DNA of 63,923 nt, filler included, from Octopus bimaculoides (Eukaryota), in NCBI RefSeq assembly GCF_001194135.2. It is 7 parts of 7 records of this genome, joined end to end, with 100 filler letters (N's around TTAATTAATTAA, not from the genome) between each part and the next. Parts side by side here need not be neighbours in the genome. Positions count along the whole stretch, not along the records: positions 1 to 25,577 come from NC_069000.1; 6 more parts are not named here. The stretch is one strand, 5' to 3'. Made by a program: the position numbers and the translations under genes. Below are positions 1 to 14,086 of the stretch, piece by piece. Within the stretch, counting starts at the first letter, position 1. The number at the start of each line of letters is the position of its first letter. The notes beneath the pieces are model-generated. The model saw only the letters and a list, made by a program, of their open reading frames with translations. It was not told the DNA's origin and ran no database searches.

Positions 1-37
<37 letters not shown>

Positions 38-88
38 GTATGTATTTTAGCGAAAGTTGTTGTGTAAGGCCGAACCAATAGTATCGCC

Positions 89-253
89 GTTCACTTATCG
101 CGGATTATTATTTAAGCTTACGCCGATTCCTCTGGGCTATTGTTTTTCATCAATACAGTAATCCCTTGCCATATCGCGGCAGTTCACTTATCGCGGTTTA
201 TTATTTAAGCTTACGTCGCTTCCTCTGGGGTATTGTTTTTGCATCAAAACAGA
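89..253. mobile_element. pogo/Tigger-like terminal fragment inside a 93-bp direct duplication
   Basis: About 70 bp repeat at 89 and 182; the junction contains TACAGTAATCCCTTGCCATATCGCGG, resembling pogo-type termini. Confidence 0.35.
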
Positions 254-563
254 CCGATAGAATAAGTACTAGGCTCACAAAGAATAAGTCCGTCGTGGGG
301 TTGATTTCTTCAGCTAAAACACTTTGAAGTGGTGCTCCAGTATGTCCGCAGTCAAATGACTGAAACAAGTAAAAGAATAAAAGAAAAAAGAATAAGAGAA
401 TATATATTCACGACGGGCTTCTTTCAGTTTCCGTCTGCCACATCCACTTACAAGGCTTTGGTCGGCCCGAGGCTAGAGTAAAAGACACTTGTTCATGTTA
501 GCAGGTAGTGGGTCTGAACCCGGAACCACGTGGTTTAGAAGCAAGCTTCTTATCACAGAGCCA
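251..563. mobile_element. Two SINE family B fragments in opposite orientation
   Basis: 3' half on + (251-385) and 5' half on - (403-563). Confidence 0.75.
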
Positions 564-2951
564 ATAGTGGATTTTCCTTAATCTAAATATAGAGTTTCTG
601 TATCGGGATTTCTGCAATTATCGCATTTTACCTGATCCAAAACGTATGCATTTAGAGATGTGTCGCGGATGAGGTAGTTGGTCTCAAAGAGTTCTTTTAG
701 AGAAAGGACGCGGCGTAAACAGGAAACAGATTGGGTCAGACCTTTGTGTAATTAGTCTTTGCGAATGACGTTTTAAGTTTCGTTAAGATGTCGTAATTTA
801 ACAAAGCAGAAATTATGTTGGAGTTGTTCAGTATTTGATGTCGTGAGGCTTATTGGAGATGGATGAAAGCTGTGAGGTATAAATTGAGTTGAAAATGATT
901 TGAAATAAGCTGCATAAATCGTTTGATCTATCACTTTGCTACATTTGCTTTGAATGCGATCAACTTCATTTTGGATGTAGATGCGCTTGGTACTATAATA
1001 GAAGACCGTTTTTCTTATAAAATCGTGCGGAGCTACCACCTCCTTCTGAAATGCTGAGCATAAAGTCAACTAAAGCTTTGATAATTTGGGATGTCCGATA
1101 ATGAAATCAATATAGTTATCAATAATACTAAAGAAATCAAAAGTAGAACTCGCTACAGCGTGGAGGCGCGTGATAATGTGTATACAGTGGGTCGGGTCTT
1201 GTAAAGAAAAGAAAGGAATCGCAGCCGATGATCGGTCAGCTTCGTGAAATATTCTTGCACCAGGTCTGACAACGGACCCCGTGAATAGGCCGAAGGAATG
1301 TTTGCCAGCTGGATTGCTTGTGAAAGAAATATATCTACCTTGGATGCGCCAGAAATATTTGTGTGTATAAGTATAGATAAATAGATAGATAGATAGATAG
1401 ATAGATAGATNNNNNNNNNNNNNNNNNNNNNNNNNNNNNNNNNNNNNNNNNNNNNNNNNNNNNNNNNNNNNNNNNNNNNNNNNNNNNNNNNNNNNNNNNN
1501 NNNNNNNNNNNNNNNNNNNNNNNNNNNNNATATATACATATATATATATACTTGTGTGTATACATATTCACATATATTTGCTTATATAAATTCATTTTAT
1601 TGTAGATATGTACAGGTATTTACAGGACACACACACATACACACATACACACACACACATTTATATACATGGGTTCTGTTTGTATATGTGTGCTTCAGTT
1701 TCTGTATGCTATGTATCTATAAATATATATGCATGTGTGTGTGTATGCGCGTGTGTATTGCTTTGTCTATACGTTTTTTTTCTTTTTTTTTCTGTTAGCT
1801 ACGAACAAAAGCATCGTTAAATGACAGTATTCAATTCATAAAATCAGAAATAAGAATGGGTTTGTTTACAATAGGAAAGACATAGCTCTGCTATTTATTT
1901 CATACAGCATTACCATTTCATTCCATTTCCATAATTTGGTTTTGCGAATTGATAGCAAAAGTTCTGTTAGGATAATGGAGCCAATATTGAATAGCCAGAA
2001 CTGCTGCAGTGGAACCAATAGAAGTGATCACGCACTCGGTGTTAAAGTGAAATTTTTTGTGTTTGTCTTTAAACTGTAGCAGACGCGTTGACGGCTCACA
2101 ATGATATGTGGGGATTGGTGCAGATCAGAAAGATACTTACAGGTGTGTGTGTGTGTGTGNNNNNNNNNNNNNNNNNNNNNNNNNNNNNNNNNNNNNNNNN
2201 NNNNNNNNNNNNNNNNNNNNNNNNNNNNNNNNNNNNNNNNNNNNNNNNNNNNNNNNNNNNNNNNNNNNNNNNNNNNNNNNNNNNNNNNNNNNNNNNNNNN
2301 NNNNNNNNNNNNNNNNNNNNNNNNNNNNNNNNNNNNNNNNNNNNNNNNNNNNNNNNNNNNNNNNNNNNNNNNNNNNNNNNNNNNNNNNNNNNNNNNNNNN
2401 NNNNNNNNNNNNNNNNNNNNNNNNNNNNNNNNNNNNNNNNNNNNNNNNNNNNNNNNNNNNNNNNNNNNNNNNNNNNNNNNNNNNNNNNNNNNNNNNNNNN
2501 NNNNNNNNNNNNNNNNNNNNNNNNNNNNNNNNNNNNNNNNNNNNNNNNNNNNNNNNNNNNNNNNNNNNNNNNNNNNNNNNNNNNNNNNNNNNNNNNNNNN
2601 NNNNNNNNNNNNNNNNNNNNNNNNNNNNNNNNNNNNNNNNNNNNNNNNNNNNNNNNNNNNNNNNNNNNNNNNNNNNNNNNNNNNNNNNNNNNNNNNNNNN
2701 NNNNNNNNNNNNNNNNNNNNNNNNNNNNNNNNATATATATATGTATATATATATATACGGATTCAGATAAGTCAAGCATGGGTATAAGTTTAACCATATT
2801 TTATTAATTAAGTTTTTCTCGTATTTCTCCTTGTACGTTTTAGAAAGAATAGCTCAGAGATTATCTAGGGAAAATTCACGATCCAAAAGCAAAAACAATC
2901 TGTGATTTTTTGTTTTTATTTGAAGGCCAAGGATCAATAATGCTGACCCAT

Positions 2952-3022
<71 letters not shown>

Positions 3023-3239
3023 GGGCAGGCAGGCAGGCAGGCAAGCAGACGGGCAGGCAGGCAGACAGACTGACTGGCAGAGAGACTGATATATAGATAG
3101 AGAGAGTGTATGTGAGAGAGAGAGATAAGTGTCCAGTAGCACTTTGTTTAACTCGGCTCCCTTTTCCTGTTACAATAGGGGCAACACATACCTATGTACA
3201 ACTAGTATATCATGGCCATTACCGCGTCAGGGAATCAAT

Positions 3240-4010
3240 TATTAGTAGTTTGGTTGACTGATTTGAGGAACAAGGTGCGGTAAGAGCTCTGCCAGAAACA
3301 GGCAGATACCATTCGGTTAGTAAACGAATCCATAACTGAAAATGTAAGGTAGTGTTGCACAAGACCCGAGTATATCAACTCGAAGGCGGTCCTGGACAAG
3401 TTGGAGCCTCTTGAATGACGCTCCAGCGTATTCATACACCCTTGGACCTTTCTTCGTACAAAATACAGTTTGTGCAACAGCGGAGGCTACCAGAACTTTG
3501 CCACAGTTCGCAATATGCAATTATATCATAAAAATTACCAAAAACTCTCGAATTTATTCACAAGCTCATAAAGTTAAACGGAGCATATTTTCATTTGAAT
3601 GGCTTCATTAACAAGCAAATCTGCAGGATTTGGATTTCATTAAATCCTGGAGTAATTATCCACAGATAAAAGTGCATCAAATTATTTGTACGGTCTGGTG
3701 TAAAATAATGTCGAAAGAGATAACTGCACTTTAGATTTTCGCAGATCGTATTAGGAACACTGACAGTATTACATGCGATTGATATTGATCTATGACCAGA
3801 AATTTCTTATTCGTAGAATTTCAGGATAAATCTGCCATGTGGTCCCAAGAGGAGACGGCGAAAGATCATACAATAAGAGCCACAATCCAACTGTTCAGGC
3901 AACTGTTTTATGGGAGGAAATTTTTCTTGCGATTTCGACATAAGCTAGTCATCTCGTTCAGAAAATATGACGTTTCCTGATTTTTTTTTTTTCTTGCGTG
4001 GCTATCTCAT
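3240..4010 (+). pseudogene. Heavily decayed mariner-like transposase (rosa/DD41D- or maT-like)
   Basis: Motifs in order across frames: QDPSISTRR, DLSSYKIQFVQQ, AYFHLNGFINKQICRIW, VWC, WSQEETAKDHTIRATIQLFRQLFYGR, FFLRGYL. Confidence 0.65.
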
Positions 4011-6121
4011 AAAGCGGCCTCAGACACTCAGACAACAAAACAACAATACTTCGGTCAGTCAGTCAATGAGCTTCGTTTCTCAAAGCTCTTTCGTCGCCAT
4101 TTACAAACCTCATCAATGAGATGTTGCCCCTATTCTAGGTCTGATTCAGGTCTCTGATAAATAATTGAAACAAACGATTAGTTAACTGGTTAGAAGGTCC
4201 GACTAATATCAAAGATTTGTCTAATAGATATTAAGAAGTGAAAACGCAGCAGTGCGTATGTTTACTATCAACATAATGCGCTTCCCGACATTCAACAAAA
4301 TATGGTTCGATACACAAGTTCACACCAATAATCTTACAAACCGAATACAAAACAATTATGCGTGTGTGAGTGTGCGTATAAACATATACGTATATATATA
4401 TATATATATATNNNNNNNNNNNNNNNNNNNNNNNNNNNNNNNNNNNNNNNNNNNNNNNNNNNNNNNNNNNNNNNNNNNNNNNNNNNNNNNNNNNNNNNNN
4501 NNNNNNNNNNNNNNNNNNNNNNNNNNNNNNNNNNNNNNNNNNNNNNNNNNNNNNNNNNNNNNNNNNNNNNNNNNNNNNNNNNNNNNNNNNNNNNNNNNNN
4601 NNNNNNNNNNNNNNNNNNNNNNNNNNNNNNNNNNNNNNNNNNNNNNNNNNNNNNNNNNNNNNNNNNNNNNNNNNNNNNNNNNNNNNNNNNNNNNNNNNNN
4701 NNNNNNNNNNNNNNNNNNNNNNNNNNNNNNNNNNNNNNNNNNNNNNNNNNNNNNNNNNNNNNNNNNNNNNNNNNNNNNNNNNNNNNNNNNNNNNNNNNNN
4801 NNNNNNNNNNNNNNNNNNNNNNNNNNNNNNNNNNNNNNNNNNATATATATATGAAATCCTGCAGTTAATATTTCTGAGACAATTTTCTCAAGTGCATAAT
4901 TACATATCGTAGGCTAAAAAGAATCTGGAAACAGCTGCGTTATTCCCTCATGGAGTATTTTAAAAGTTCCATTGTTTGAAATGAAAGCTCTGTGTGTGTG
5001 TGTGTGTGTGTGTGTGTATGAGTGTGTGTATGTGTCTCTGTGTGTGAGTGCGTATGCGTGCGTATGTGTGCGTATGTCTGTTGTCTCTGTTTGCCTGTGT
5101 CTGTGTTTCCGCATATGTACGGGTGTATGTATGCATATGTGTAAATACATATACATATACATATGCATATAAATATGTATATAAAAACATACATGCATAT
5201 ACCTATAAATCATATAACTATATGTGTTTGTATATTTATATATATTTTTGGGGTATAGATAAATATGTAGACAGATTTTTATTAAATAGATATGCCTTCT
5301 TATATAAGTTTTGTTACTTCGAAAATAGAGAAATAGATTTTACACAGTCTCTAGAGTGGGAAGGTGTTTGACATATCCTCATAGCTAAAGATTGTAATTA
5401 TTGATAAGAAGATAAATTCTGAAATACGTTGTTTGATGGTCTGCGCTTAAATATTCGATTTGTGTCAGTAGATATTTTAAGAAGCATGGTATCAAAGACG
5501 ATAATTATTCAAGACGAGAATGCTTGCAGTGTCTATCTTATTTTTGCTACACACACAAACACACACACACATATTGTTTTCCAATGAGTGATGTAGGAGT
5601 TTAAGGTGAAAGATGTGTGATATTTTGAATTGCAATACTAGAGAGATATAGAATCTTCCTAAGGTTATATTACGTATATAGGTAATATAACCGTATCTCG
5701 CTACGTATCATGTAATATTTATTTCCTGCATTGTTCTTATATCGTTTCACATTAAGTAAACACACTATGTTTAATACGATATATGACTATATGCACGTAT
5801 ATATATATATATATATATATATNNNNNNNNNNNNNNNNNNNNNNNNNNNNNNNNNNNNNNNNNNNNNNNNNNNNNNNNNNNNNNNNNNNNNNNNNNNNNN
5901 NNNNNNNNNNNNNNNNNNNNNNNNNNNNNNNNNNNNNNNNNNNNNNNNNNNNNNNNNNNNNNNNNNNNNNNNNNNNNNNNNNNNNNNNNNNNNNNNNNNN
6001 NNNNNNNNNNNNNNNNNNNNNNNNNNNNNNNNNNNNNNNNNNNNNNNNNNNNNNNNNNNNNNNNNNNNNNNNNNNNNNNNNNNNNNNNNNNNNNNNNNNN
6101 NNTCTTATATATATATATATA

Positions 6122-7192
6122 CAGAGGCTGGACAAAATAATGGAAATACCTAGTATGGTAGCATCATAATTTTGAAATATCTATAAAACGATCAAAAGCT
6201 TGTTTATTTTTATGTTTTTTTTTTATTTATTGTTAGTGTTAATATGGTTTTCTAAAATTGCTGTTTCTTTTCAGATATCATCAGAAAAAGGTAAAATGAC
6301 ACATCTGTCGGACTTTCAAAGAGGTCAAATTGCTGGTGCTCGTATGGTAGGCGCTAACATGACGAAAACAGCTGAAATGTTTGGTCTCGAAAGTAATGAC
6401 CAGTCTTTGAGAAAGAAGGGAAAAACCTCCTCGTCATAACAAACACCGGATGAGAACCAAAACTTTCAGATAGGGACCGTCGGACTCTTAACCGAATTGT
6501 TAGAAAGGATCACTAAAGTACAGCTCCTAGATTACTGCAGACCTTAATGACCACCTCGAGAGCCCATTTTCCCCAAAAACTGTTCGCCAGGAGCTGCACA
6601 AACCCGGATTTCACGAGAGAGCTGCAACCAGAGAACCACTACTTTCAAAAACAAACGTTGCAAATCGTTTAGAGTGGAGTAAAAACCTACATAATTGGTC
6701 CTAAGAGCAGTGGAAGAATGTTATTTTCTCGGACGAGTCATCCCTTACATTATTTCCGACCACTGGCCGAGTATACGTGTGGAGACAGCCAAAAGAAGCA
6801 TTTGATCCAGAATGCCTTCGTCCAACTGTTAAACATAGAGGAGGATCTGTGATGAACTGGACGGGGCTATATCTTGGAAAGCCCGCCAGCCCAATGATTT
6901 CCCTTCATGTCAGAATTAATAGCCAAGACTATTTAAGCATTTTATCTGTTCAAATTCATCCTATGGTTGCGGAACTGCTTCCGGATGGAAACGCAATCTT
7001 TCAGGATGATAATGCGCCAATTCACACAACTAAAGTTGTTATTGAATGGCACGAGAAACATTCTAGTGACGTTGGACATCTTATCTGGCCACCACAGTCC
7101 CCAGATCTTAACATTATTGAACATTTTAGAAAAACAACTAAAGAGTCGATATCCTCCACCATCATCACTGCAAGAACTGGAGACTGTTTTAG
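6122..7192 (+). mobile_element. Degenerate Tc1/mariner-superfamily transposon with DD36E spacing, 3'-truncated
   Basis: TA followed by the terminal repeat CAGAGGCTGGACAAAATAATGGAAATACC. Frameshifted transposase with HTH start MTHLSDFQRGQIAGARMVGA, FSDES, KHRGGSVMNW, FQDDNAPIH and WPPQSPDLNIIE. 36 residues lie between the second D and the E. Confidence 0.9.
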
Positions 7193-7955
7193 CTGACGAA
7201 GAGAAGCTCGCTGCCTTTCAAATTTGTTATAATGAATTATAATAACAAGCTGTATTTTACTAGACAGACTGATTCAAACACTTGAGATCTCCAACTTCCA
7301 ATTTTATTTCTTTCCTTTTCACAAGATGGCGAATTTCTGCTCCTTCATCTCTTGTCGACATACAAATAAGTGTGAAAAATAAATCCTAATATGTGATCCA
7401 ATTTCCGCTATCGTAAGACTTGTTAAATTGCAAGAGTTAGCATAAAATCACCTTTGCTGTCGATTTTAAGACAGCTCTGTTACAATATAGAGAAGAATAA
7501 TCGAAATTGCGAACATTGAATGGTTCTTAATTAAATATATTGACCCACAGACCCATCTACTTAAAATGATATATTTCTGGCAACATCTCGGCAATTCCCA
7601 AATATGAACTGAATGTCCTTTGTTCTGTGCATGAGTTGAAATGTATGTAATTAAATGAAACATTTTTCTATATGTGAACATCTATTTACCTATCTATCTA
7701 TCTGTCCATCTATCTATATATCATTGAACATACATATACTTTCATATACATATATACAGATATATATATATATTCATATGTGTGTGTGTCTGTCTGTCTG
7801 TGTGTGTGTAGTTCAAATTTGCAAAACACGAAAGAGAAGNNNNNNNNNNNNNNNNNNNNNNNNNNNNNNNNNNNNNNNNNNNNNNNNNNNNNNNNNNNNN
7901 NATATATATATATATATATATATAAGTCAGTAAATAGTGGGCTTTTTTTCATTTT

Positions 7956-7993
<38 letters not shown>

Positions 7994-8212
7994 TACAGAT
8001 ATATATATATATTCATATGTGTGTGTGTCTGTCTGTCTGTGTGTGTGTAGTTCAAATTTGCAAAACACGAAAGAGAAGGACACTTATAAGTTTCACGCTC
8101 GGGAAGAATGCATAAGTCTTTGACGTTTCGAACCTATGCTCTTCGACAGAAATGATACACGCACATACACGCACATAGACACAAGCACACACGCACACAG
8201 AGATAGACACAT

Positions 8213-8251
<39 letters not shown>

Positions 8252-9142
8252 TCAATGTAAGGTATTGAATGTAATATTGTAATATAAATAAATTATTGGA
8301 TTGTCAATAGTATATCTCTATATTTATTTTATCTTTATTATTGAATTATACCAATATTTATACAGTATTCAACTGAAGTACCAGTGAATTTGAATGTTTA
8401 ACACACCCCTTTGAAGGATTTCTTTTCCTCAGTTTGTTACTATGTATATATGCAAGGGGCTTCGACGCAGTTTCTGGTAACTAAATCTACTCAGAAGGCA
8501 TTTGTCAGCCTAGGACTAAAGCTTTACCCACCCCGGATGCAGCGCAGTGTCATATGATCTTGTTCTATGCTCAAAACCAAGCATAAATACATCATACGTA
8601 CCTAACTACATACATACATACATACATGGAGACAGATAGACAGGTAAACAGAGAGCGAGATATACATATTTGCATGTACACACATGTAATTATATAAGTG
8701 TGTGTATATGTGGCGCAGTCGTGTGTGTGTATGTCTGTATATTTGCGAGTGAGAGAGTGAGCCCGACTGCATATATGATAGAGCGTCTCACGAAAAGTTG
8801 CTATGTTAAACAGTAGCATTCTCAATACAAGGGGTAAGAATAAATTTGATTTCCAATGAAATCAAGATTGTTGCAGTGTTTATATCATATTCTTTTTCCC
8901 ACATTCCATTTCTATAAATTTTGTTTCGGAATTGTTAGCAGAAGTTGCGTTAGGATAATGGGGCCAATGCTGAATAGCCAAAACTGCTGCAGTGGAACCA
9001 ATAGAAGTGATCACGCACACCGTGTTGGAGTGAGATCTCTAGTGTTTGCCATTAAATTTAAGCAGATTGAGAACCGTTTCATAGTATTGTATGATATGTA
9101 TGTGTGTCTGTTTGCTTGTGAGTGCGTATAAATATATATGAT

Positions 9143-9218
<76 letters not shown>

Positions 9219-9310
9219 CATATGGCGGTGGGTGATTGGATGTGTGGGGGTGTGATTGTACGCATGTATGTGTATGTGTATGTATATATGTGTGTATGTG
9301 TGTGTGTGTG

Positions 9311-9343
<33 letters not shown>

Positions 9344-9355
9344 GATATATATATG

Positions 9356-9390
<35 letters not shown>

Positions 9391-9440
9391 GATATTTATA
9401 TATATTTATGATATATATGCATATATATAAGCGTTTGTAC

Positions 9441-9569
<129 letters not shown>

Positions 9570-11127
9570 GTATATATCGGTACACAAGTATATTTACTAC
9601 ATGTGCAGCTCCTCAGTTGATATTTGTTAAAAAGGCATGTTTAGATAGGCAAATTCGTTTATATATTAACAATGTCTTCCTTTATCTGTTAGACGTAGTC
9701 AGCTTTCGGTTTCATACAGAAAATCTTTTCTACGTAATTGAATTTACAGTGTCTACCAAAATTTTATGAATCGAATGTTTAATGTTGATTGAGTAGCTAC
9801 ATTCTGTAATATCGAGTTTAAGGTCGGAGGGAATTGTTTTCGGTATTTGCTCCGAATCTTTCTACTACTCGTTCAAACTCTGTGAAGGGCAATTTTGCTA
9901 TTCATCGTTTTGAGCGCGATGAAAAAGAACCGTTTCAAGGGGTTAGTTGGTGAAACTGTAAGAGAACCTAACCGATATTTGTTCTGGCCTTTTTTTTCTT
10001 TTTGAGCTCTAATTCCGCTGTGACCTACTTGAGCAGTAAACTTAATCGGGGGCTCAATTTAAAACCAGCACTTGAAAGCGTTCGTGCCTTTAGCGGTATT
10101 TGCTTTCTTGCAAGCATTCTGGGCAAGTTTGCGGTTGAAGGTTCTCTTCACTACAAATTCTTGAGGCCCTAAAACAGGACAGATTTGTCTTTCTCAAATG
10201 AGCAAAAGATTTTATTAACTCTACGCCGGGTTCAATCCGACTGCGTGCCACCTAAAGTTAGTTCCTTCTGCCGTGCTCCTTGGCCGACCAATGCCTTGTG
10301 GGTGTATTTGGTAGACAGAAACTGAAAAAATTCTGTTGTGCTATGTGTGTGGGGGGTGCGTGTATGTGTGTGTGTTTCTGTTTGTGATTTCTCTCACCAT
10401 CGCTTGATAACCAGGAGCGATTTTTCGGCTAAATTCTTCAATACGGTGTCCCAAAATGTCCGCAGCCTGTAAAATCAGGTAAAAGACAAAAGCTAGATGA
10501 TAACTACGTTATGTGGACCTACAAAAAGAAAATTCTGCTAATAATTTCAGGTACACNNNNNNNNNNNNNNNNNNNNNNNNNNNNNNNNNNNNNNNNNNNN
10601 NNNNNNNNNNNNNNNNNNNNNNNNNNNNNNNNNNNNNNNNNNNNNNNNNNNNNNNNNNNNNNNNNNNNNNNNNNNNNNNNNNNNNNNNNNNNNNNNNNNN
10701 NNNNNNNNNNNNNNNNNNNNNNNNNNNNNNNNNNNNNNNNNNNNNNNNNNNNNNNNNNNNNNNNNNNNNNNNNNNNNNNNNNNNNNNNNNNNNNNNNNNN
10801 NNNNNNNNNNNNNNNNNNNNNNNNNNNNNNNNNNNNNNNNNNNNNNNNNNNNNNNNNNNNNNNNNNNNNNNNNNNNNNNNNNNNNNNNNNNNNNNNNNNN
10901 NNNNNNNNNNNNNNNNNNNNNNNNNNNNNNNNNNNNNNNNNNNNNNNNNNNNNNNNNNNNNNNNNNNNNNNNNNNNNNNNNNNNNNNNNNNNNNNNNNNN
11001 NNNNNNNNNNNNNNNNNNNNNNNNNNNNNNNNNNNNNNNNNNNNNNNNNNNNNNNNNNNNNNNNNNNNNNNNNNNNNNNNNNNNNNNNNNNNNNNNNNNN
11101 NNNNNNNNNNNNNNNNNNNNNNNNNNN

Positions 11128-11470
11128 CGGTCATAGGATCGCGGTTTCGATTCCCAGACCAGGCGTTGTGAGTGTTTATTGAGCGAAAACACCTAAAGCT
11201 CCACCAGGTTCCGGCAGGGGATGGTGGCGAACCCTGCTGTACTTTTTCACCACAACTTTCTCTCACTCTTTCTTTCTGTCTCTGTTGTGCCTGTAATTCA
11301 AAGAGCCAGCCTTGTCACACTGTGTCACGCTGAATATCCCCGAGAACTACGTTAAGGGTACACGTGTCTGTGGAGTGCTCAGCCACTTGCACGTTAATTT
11401 CACGAGCAGACTGTTCCGTTGATCCGATCAACTGGAACCCTCGACGTCGTAAGCGACGGAGTGCCAACAA
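11128..11470 (+). mobile_element. SINE family C copy (5' end in gap)
   Basis: Aligns with 13745-14075. Confidence 0.88.
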
Positions 11471-12047
11471 CATGGATTACATAGCTCACGAGCAGATGAT
11501 GTCTCTACAAGACCCAGCACCCATAGTTGGTTTACTAAAGCAAAAGTTAATTTTATATTGCACTAACTGAACTACACTACGCCTGGCAAAGGATAGCTTT
11601 CAACTTGATGTAAAATCCTTTTTGCACAAAATAATTATTTTTATTGTGCAAGAGAAGATCAGGAGGAATTGATATTTATACTGTTGTGCAACTTCAAATG
11701 TGATACGAGAGAGTAAATATTTGCATGAATTCCAAGTTACTGCTTACTTGAGCCCCTTACAATTACTCACGTTGTCCTATATAAACAGTCGGCAGATAAC
11801 TAAATAAATAAAATGTTTCAAAGTTGAGCTGAATATTTATTTATGATCTTATTGCATAACCACAGAGTGGTGAGTGTTTTAGTTAATTAGCTAAGGTTCT
11901 TTCGAAACAAATAGACAATTTTTATATTGAATCCGATATTGTGTATACGCTAAATAAGACATGCACAATGATGGATTGTTTAAAGAAATCGCAAATGTTA
12001 AGTGAGTATACAATAAGAAAATTAATACCACTATCACGTGGAATTTA

Positions 12048-12084
<37 letters not shown>

Positions 12085-12792
12085 NNNNNNNNNNNNNNNN
12101 NNNNNNNNNNNNNNNNNNNNNNNNNNNNNNNNNNNNNNNNNNNNNNNNNNNNNNNNNNNNNNNNNNNNNNNNNNNNNNNNNNNNNNNNNNNNNNNNNNNN
12201 NNNNNNNNNNNNNNNNNNNNNNNNNNNNNNNNNNNNNNNNNNNNNNNNNNNNNNNNNNNNNNNNNNNNNNNNNNNNNNNNNNNNNNNNNNNNNNNNNNNN
12301 NNNNNNNNNNNNNNNNNNNNNNNNNNNNNNNNNNGCAAATGTGACATATGCCTGTGCGTGTATATATGTGTGTGTGTGTGTTTTCTCTTTTTCATTATGT
12401 GAAGTTTTTTTTTTCTAGGAGGTAGGAGCTCGGTCTTAACAAATTTACAACGCTGGATCTCTGGAATGTCGATAGCAAACACAAATTCACATGTTGAATT
12501 TGACAAAAGTCTTGTATATTGTTCAGAATGTATTTATTGCAATTTATTCGTTAGTTGTTTGGTTTCTTTACGTGGACCATATGTTTCGAGATTGTTACTT
12601 TGAATTTTTCTCAGAAAAACCAATTGCATTTATCATTATTGATATAAATGCGAATTTATAATCTAGGTATAGAAGCTGTAGGTTTCGAACCAGTTGTCCA
12701 CAGTCATCCTCTTTGGCATTTAATTTCAAAAAGGTATTCACATCAGCGGAGCGACTCACATCTGTGACAGTAATACACTTTCTTACCTTTAG

Positions 12793-13008
12793 AGCGGCGA
12801 GCTGGCAGAAACGTTAGGACGCCGGGCAAAATGCTTAGCGATATTTCGTTTGTCTTTACGTTCTGAGTTCAAATTCCACCGTAGTCGACTTTGCCTTTCA
12901 TCCTTTCGGGGTCGATAAATTAAGTACCAGTTGCGTACTGGGGTCGATCTAATCGACTGGCTCCCTCCAAAAAAATTTCAGGCCTTGTGCCTAGAGTATA
13001 AAAGAATA
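12793..13008 (+). mobile_element. tRNA-derived SINE family A (full length, CpG-intact)
   Basis: GGCGAGCTGGCAGAA A-box region, GTTCAAATTCC B-box, central TTTGCCTTTCATCCTTTCGGGGTCGATAAATTAAGTACCAG; >12 copies in the window. Confidence 0.85.
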
Positions 13009-13705
13009 CACTTCCTTGTCTTTGTATGTAAATGATAGTCTATAGCTATAAATAAATATATCTCTGGTTCTGTAGCTCTAAATCGGATTCCATAAAGCAG
13101 ACCCATCATTAAAAAGCATTCCAATTGTGGCTATCCCGTAGATCTTTGTTTTCCAGATAGGTTATCTAAGAGCACGTTATCAAATAATACCCTTTCCTTA
13201 CCCTTAAAACTTTAGTACGTACATTAAGAAATGCCTGCTGTTGTTTCTTGTTAGTCGAGCGACTGAGTTAAAGTTTATTTATAGGCTGGGGTTCATGCGT
13301 ATTTGTGAGGTTTGTTGTGCTTTTTAACGGAATGAAATGTGAATACAGACTAGAATATCATTCATATTTTAATTCATGACTATATCTATATAAACATTTA
13401 TCCAAAAGAGTCAGACATAGTGAATATATTTTTACGAACATATTATACGCATTTATATATATATATAAATAATTGTCGATTTATATCAACACTGTTGAAT
13501 TACGCAATCCTGAGTAGATAATACATCACAAACATAATGATAACAGTTTTGGCTTTATCGCCTACGTGAATTTTAAGTGCTGGAAAATGTTAGCTATATG
13601 GTGGTCGCTGACAATTTACGATAAAGCTAACTCATTAATTACACTGACTTGGCAAAAACTTTGGATATATCTGTCTATTCACACCTCTATATGCCTCTTC
13701 TCAGT

Positions 13706-14086
13706 GGAGGCGCAATGGCCCAGTGGTTAGGGCAGCGGACTCGTGGTCATAGGATCGCGGTTTCGATTCCCAGAACGGGCGTTGTGAGTGTTTATTGAGC
13801 GAAAACACCTAAAGCTCCACGAGGCTCCGGCAGGGGATGGTGACGAACCCTGCTGTACTCTTTCACCACAACTTTCACTCAGTCTTACTTCCTGTTTCTG
13901 TTGTGCCTGTAATTCAAAGGGCCAGCCTTGTCACGCTGAATATCCCCGAGAACTACGTTAAGGGTACACGTGTTTGTGGTGTGCTCAGCCACTTGCACGT
14001 TAATTTCACGAGCAGGCTGTTCCGTTGATCGGATCAACTGGAACCCTCGACGTCGTAAGCGATGGAGTGCCAACAACAACAACAAC
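13706..14086 (+). mobile_element. tRNA-derived SINE family C (full length, (CAA)n tail)
   Basis: GGAGGCGCAATGGCCCAGTGG A-box and GGTTTCGATTCCC B-box; near-identical to 11128-11470. Confidence 0.88.

Noticed and set aside
773-1350. Minus-strand ORFs of 98 and 128 aa
   Set aside because: No recognisable domain; at most a faint resemblance to a decayed Penelope-like linker region, too weak to call.
13706-13780. tRNA-like sequences with A and B boxes (also at 12793, 23521, 35973, 43520, 47231, 58043)
   Set aside because: They are SINE heads that continue into SINE bodies and lack a complete cloverleaf.
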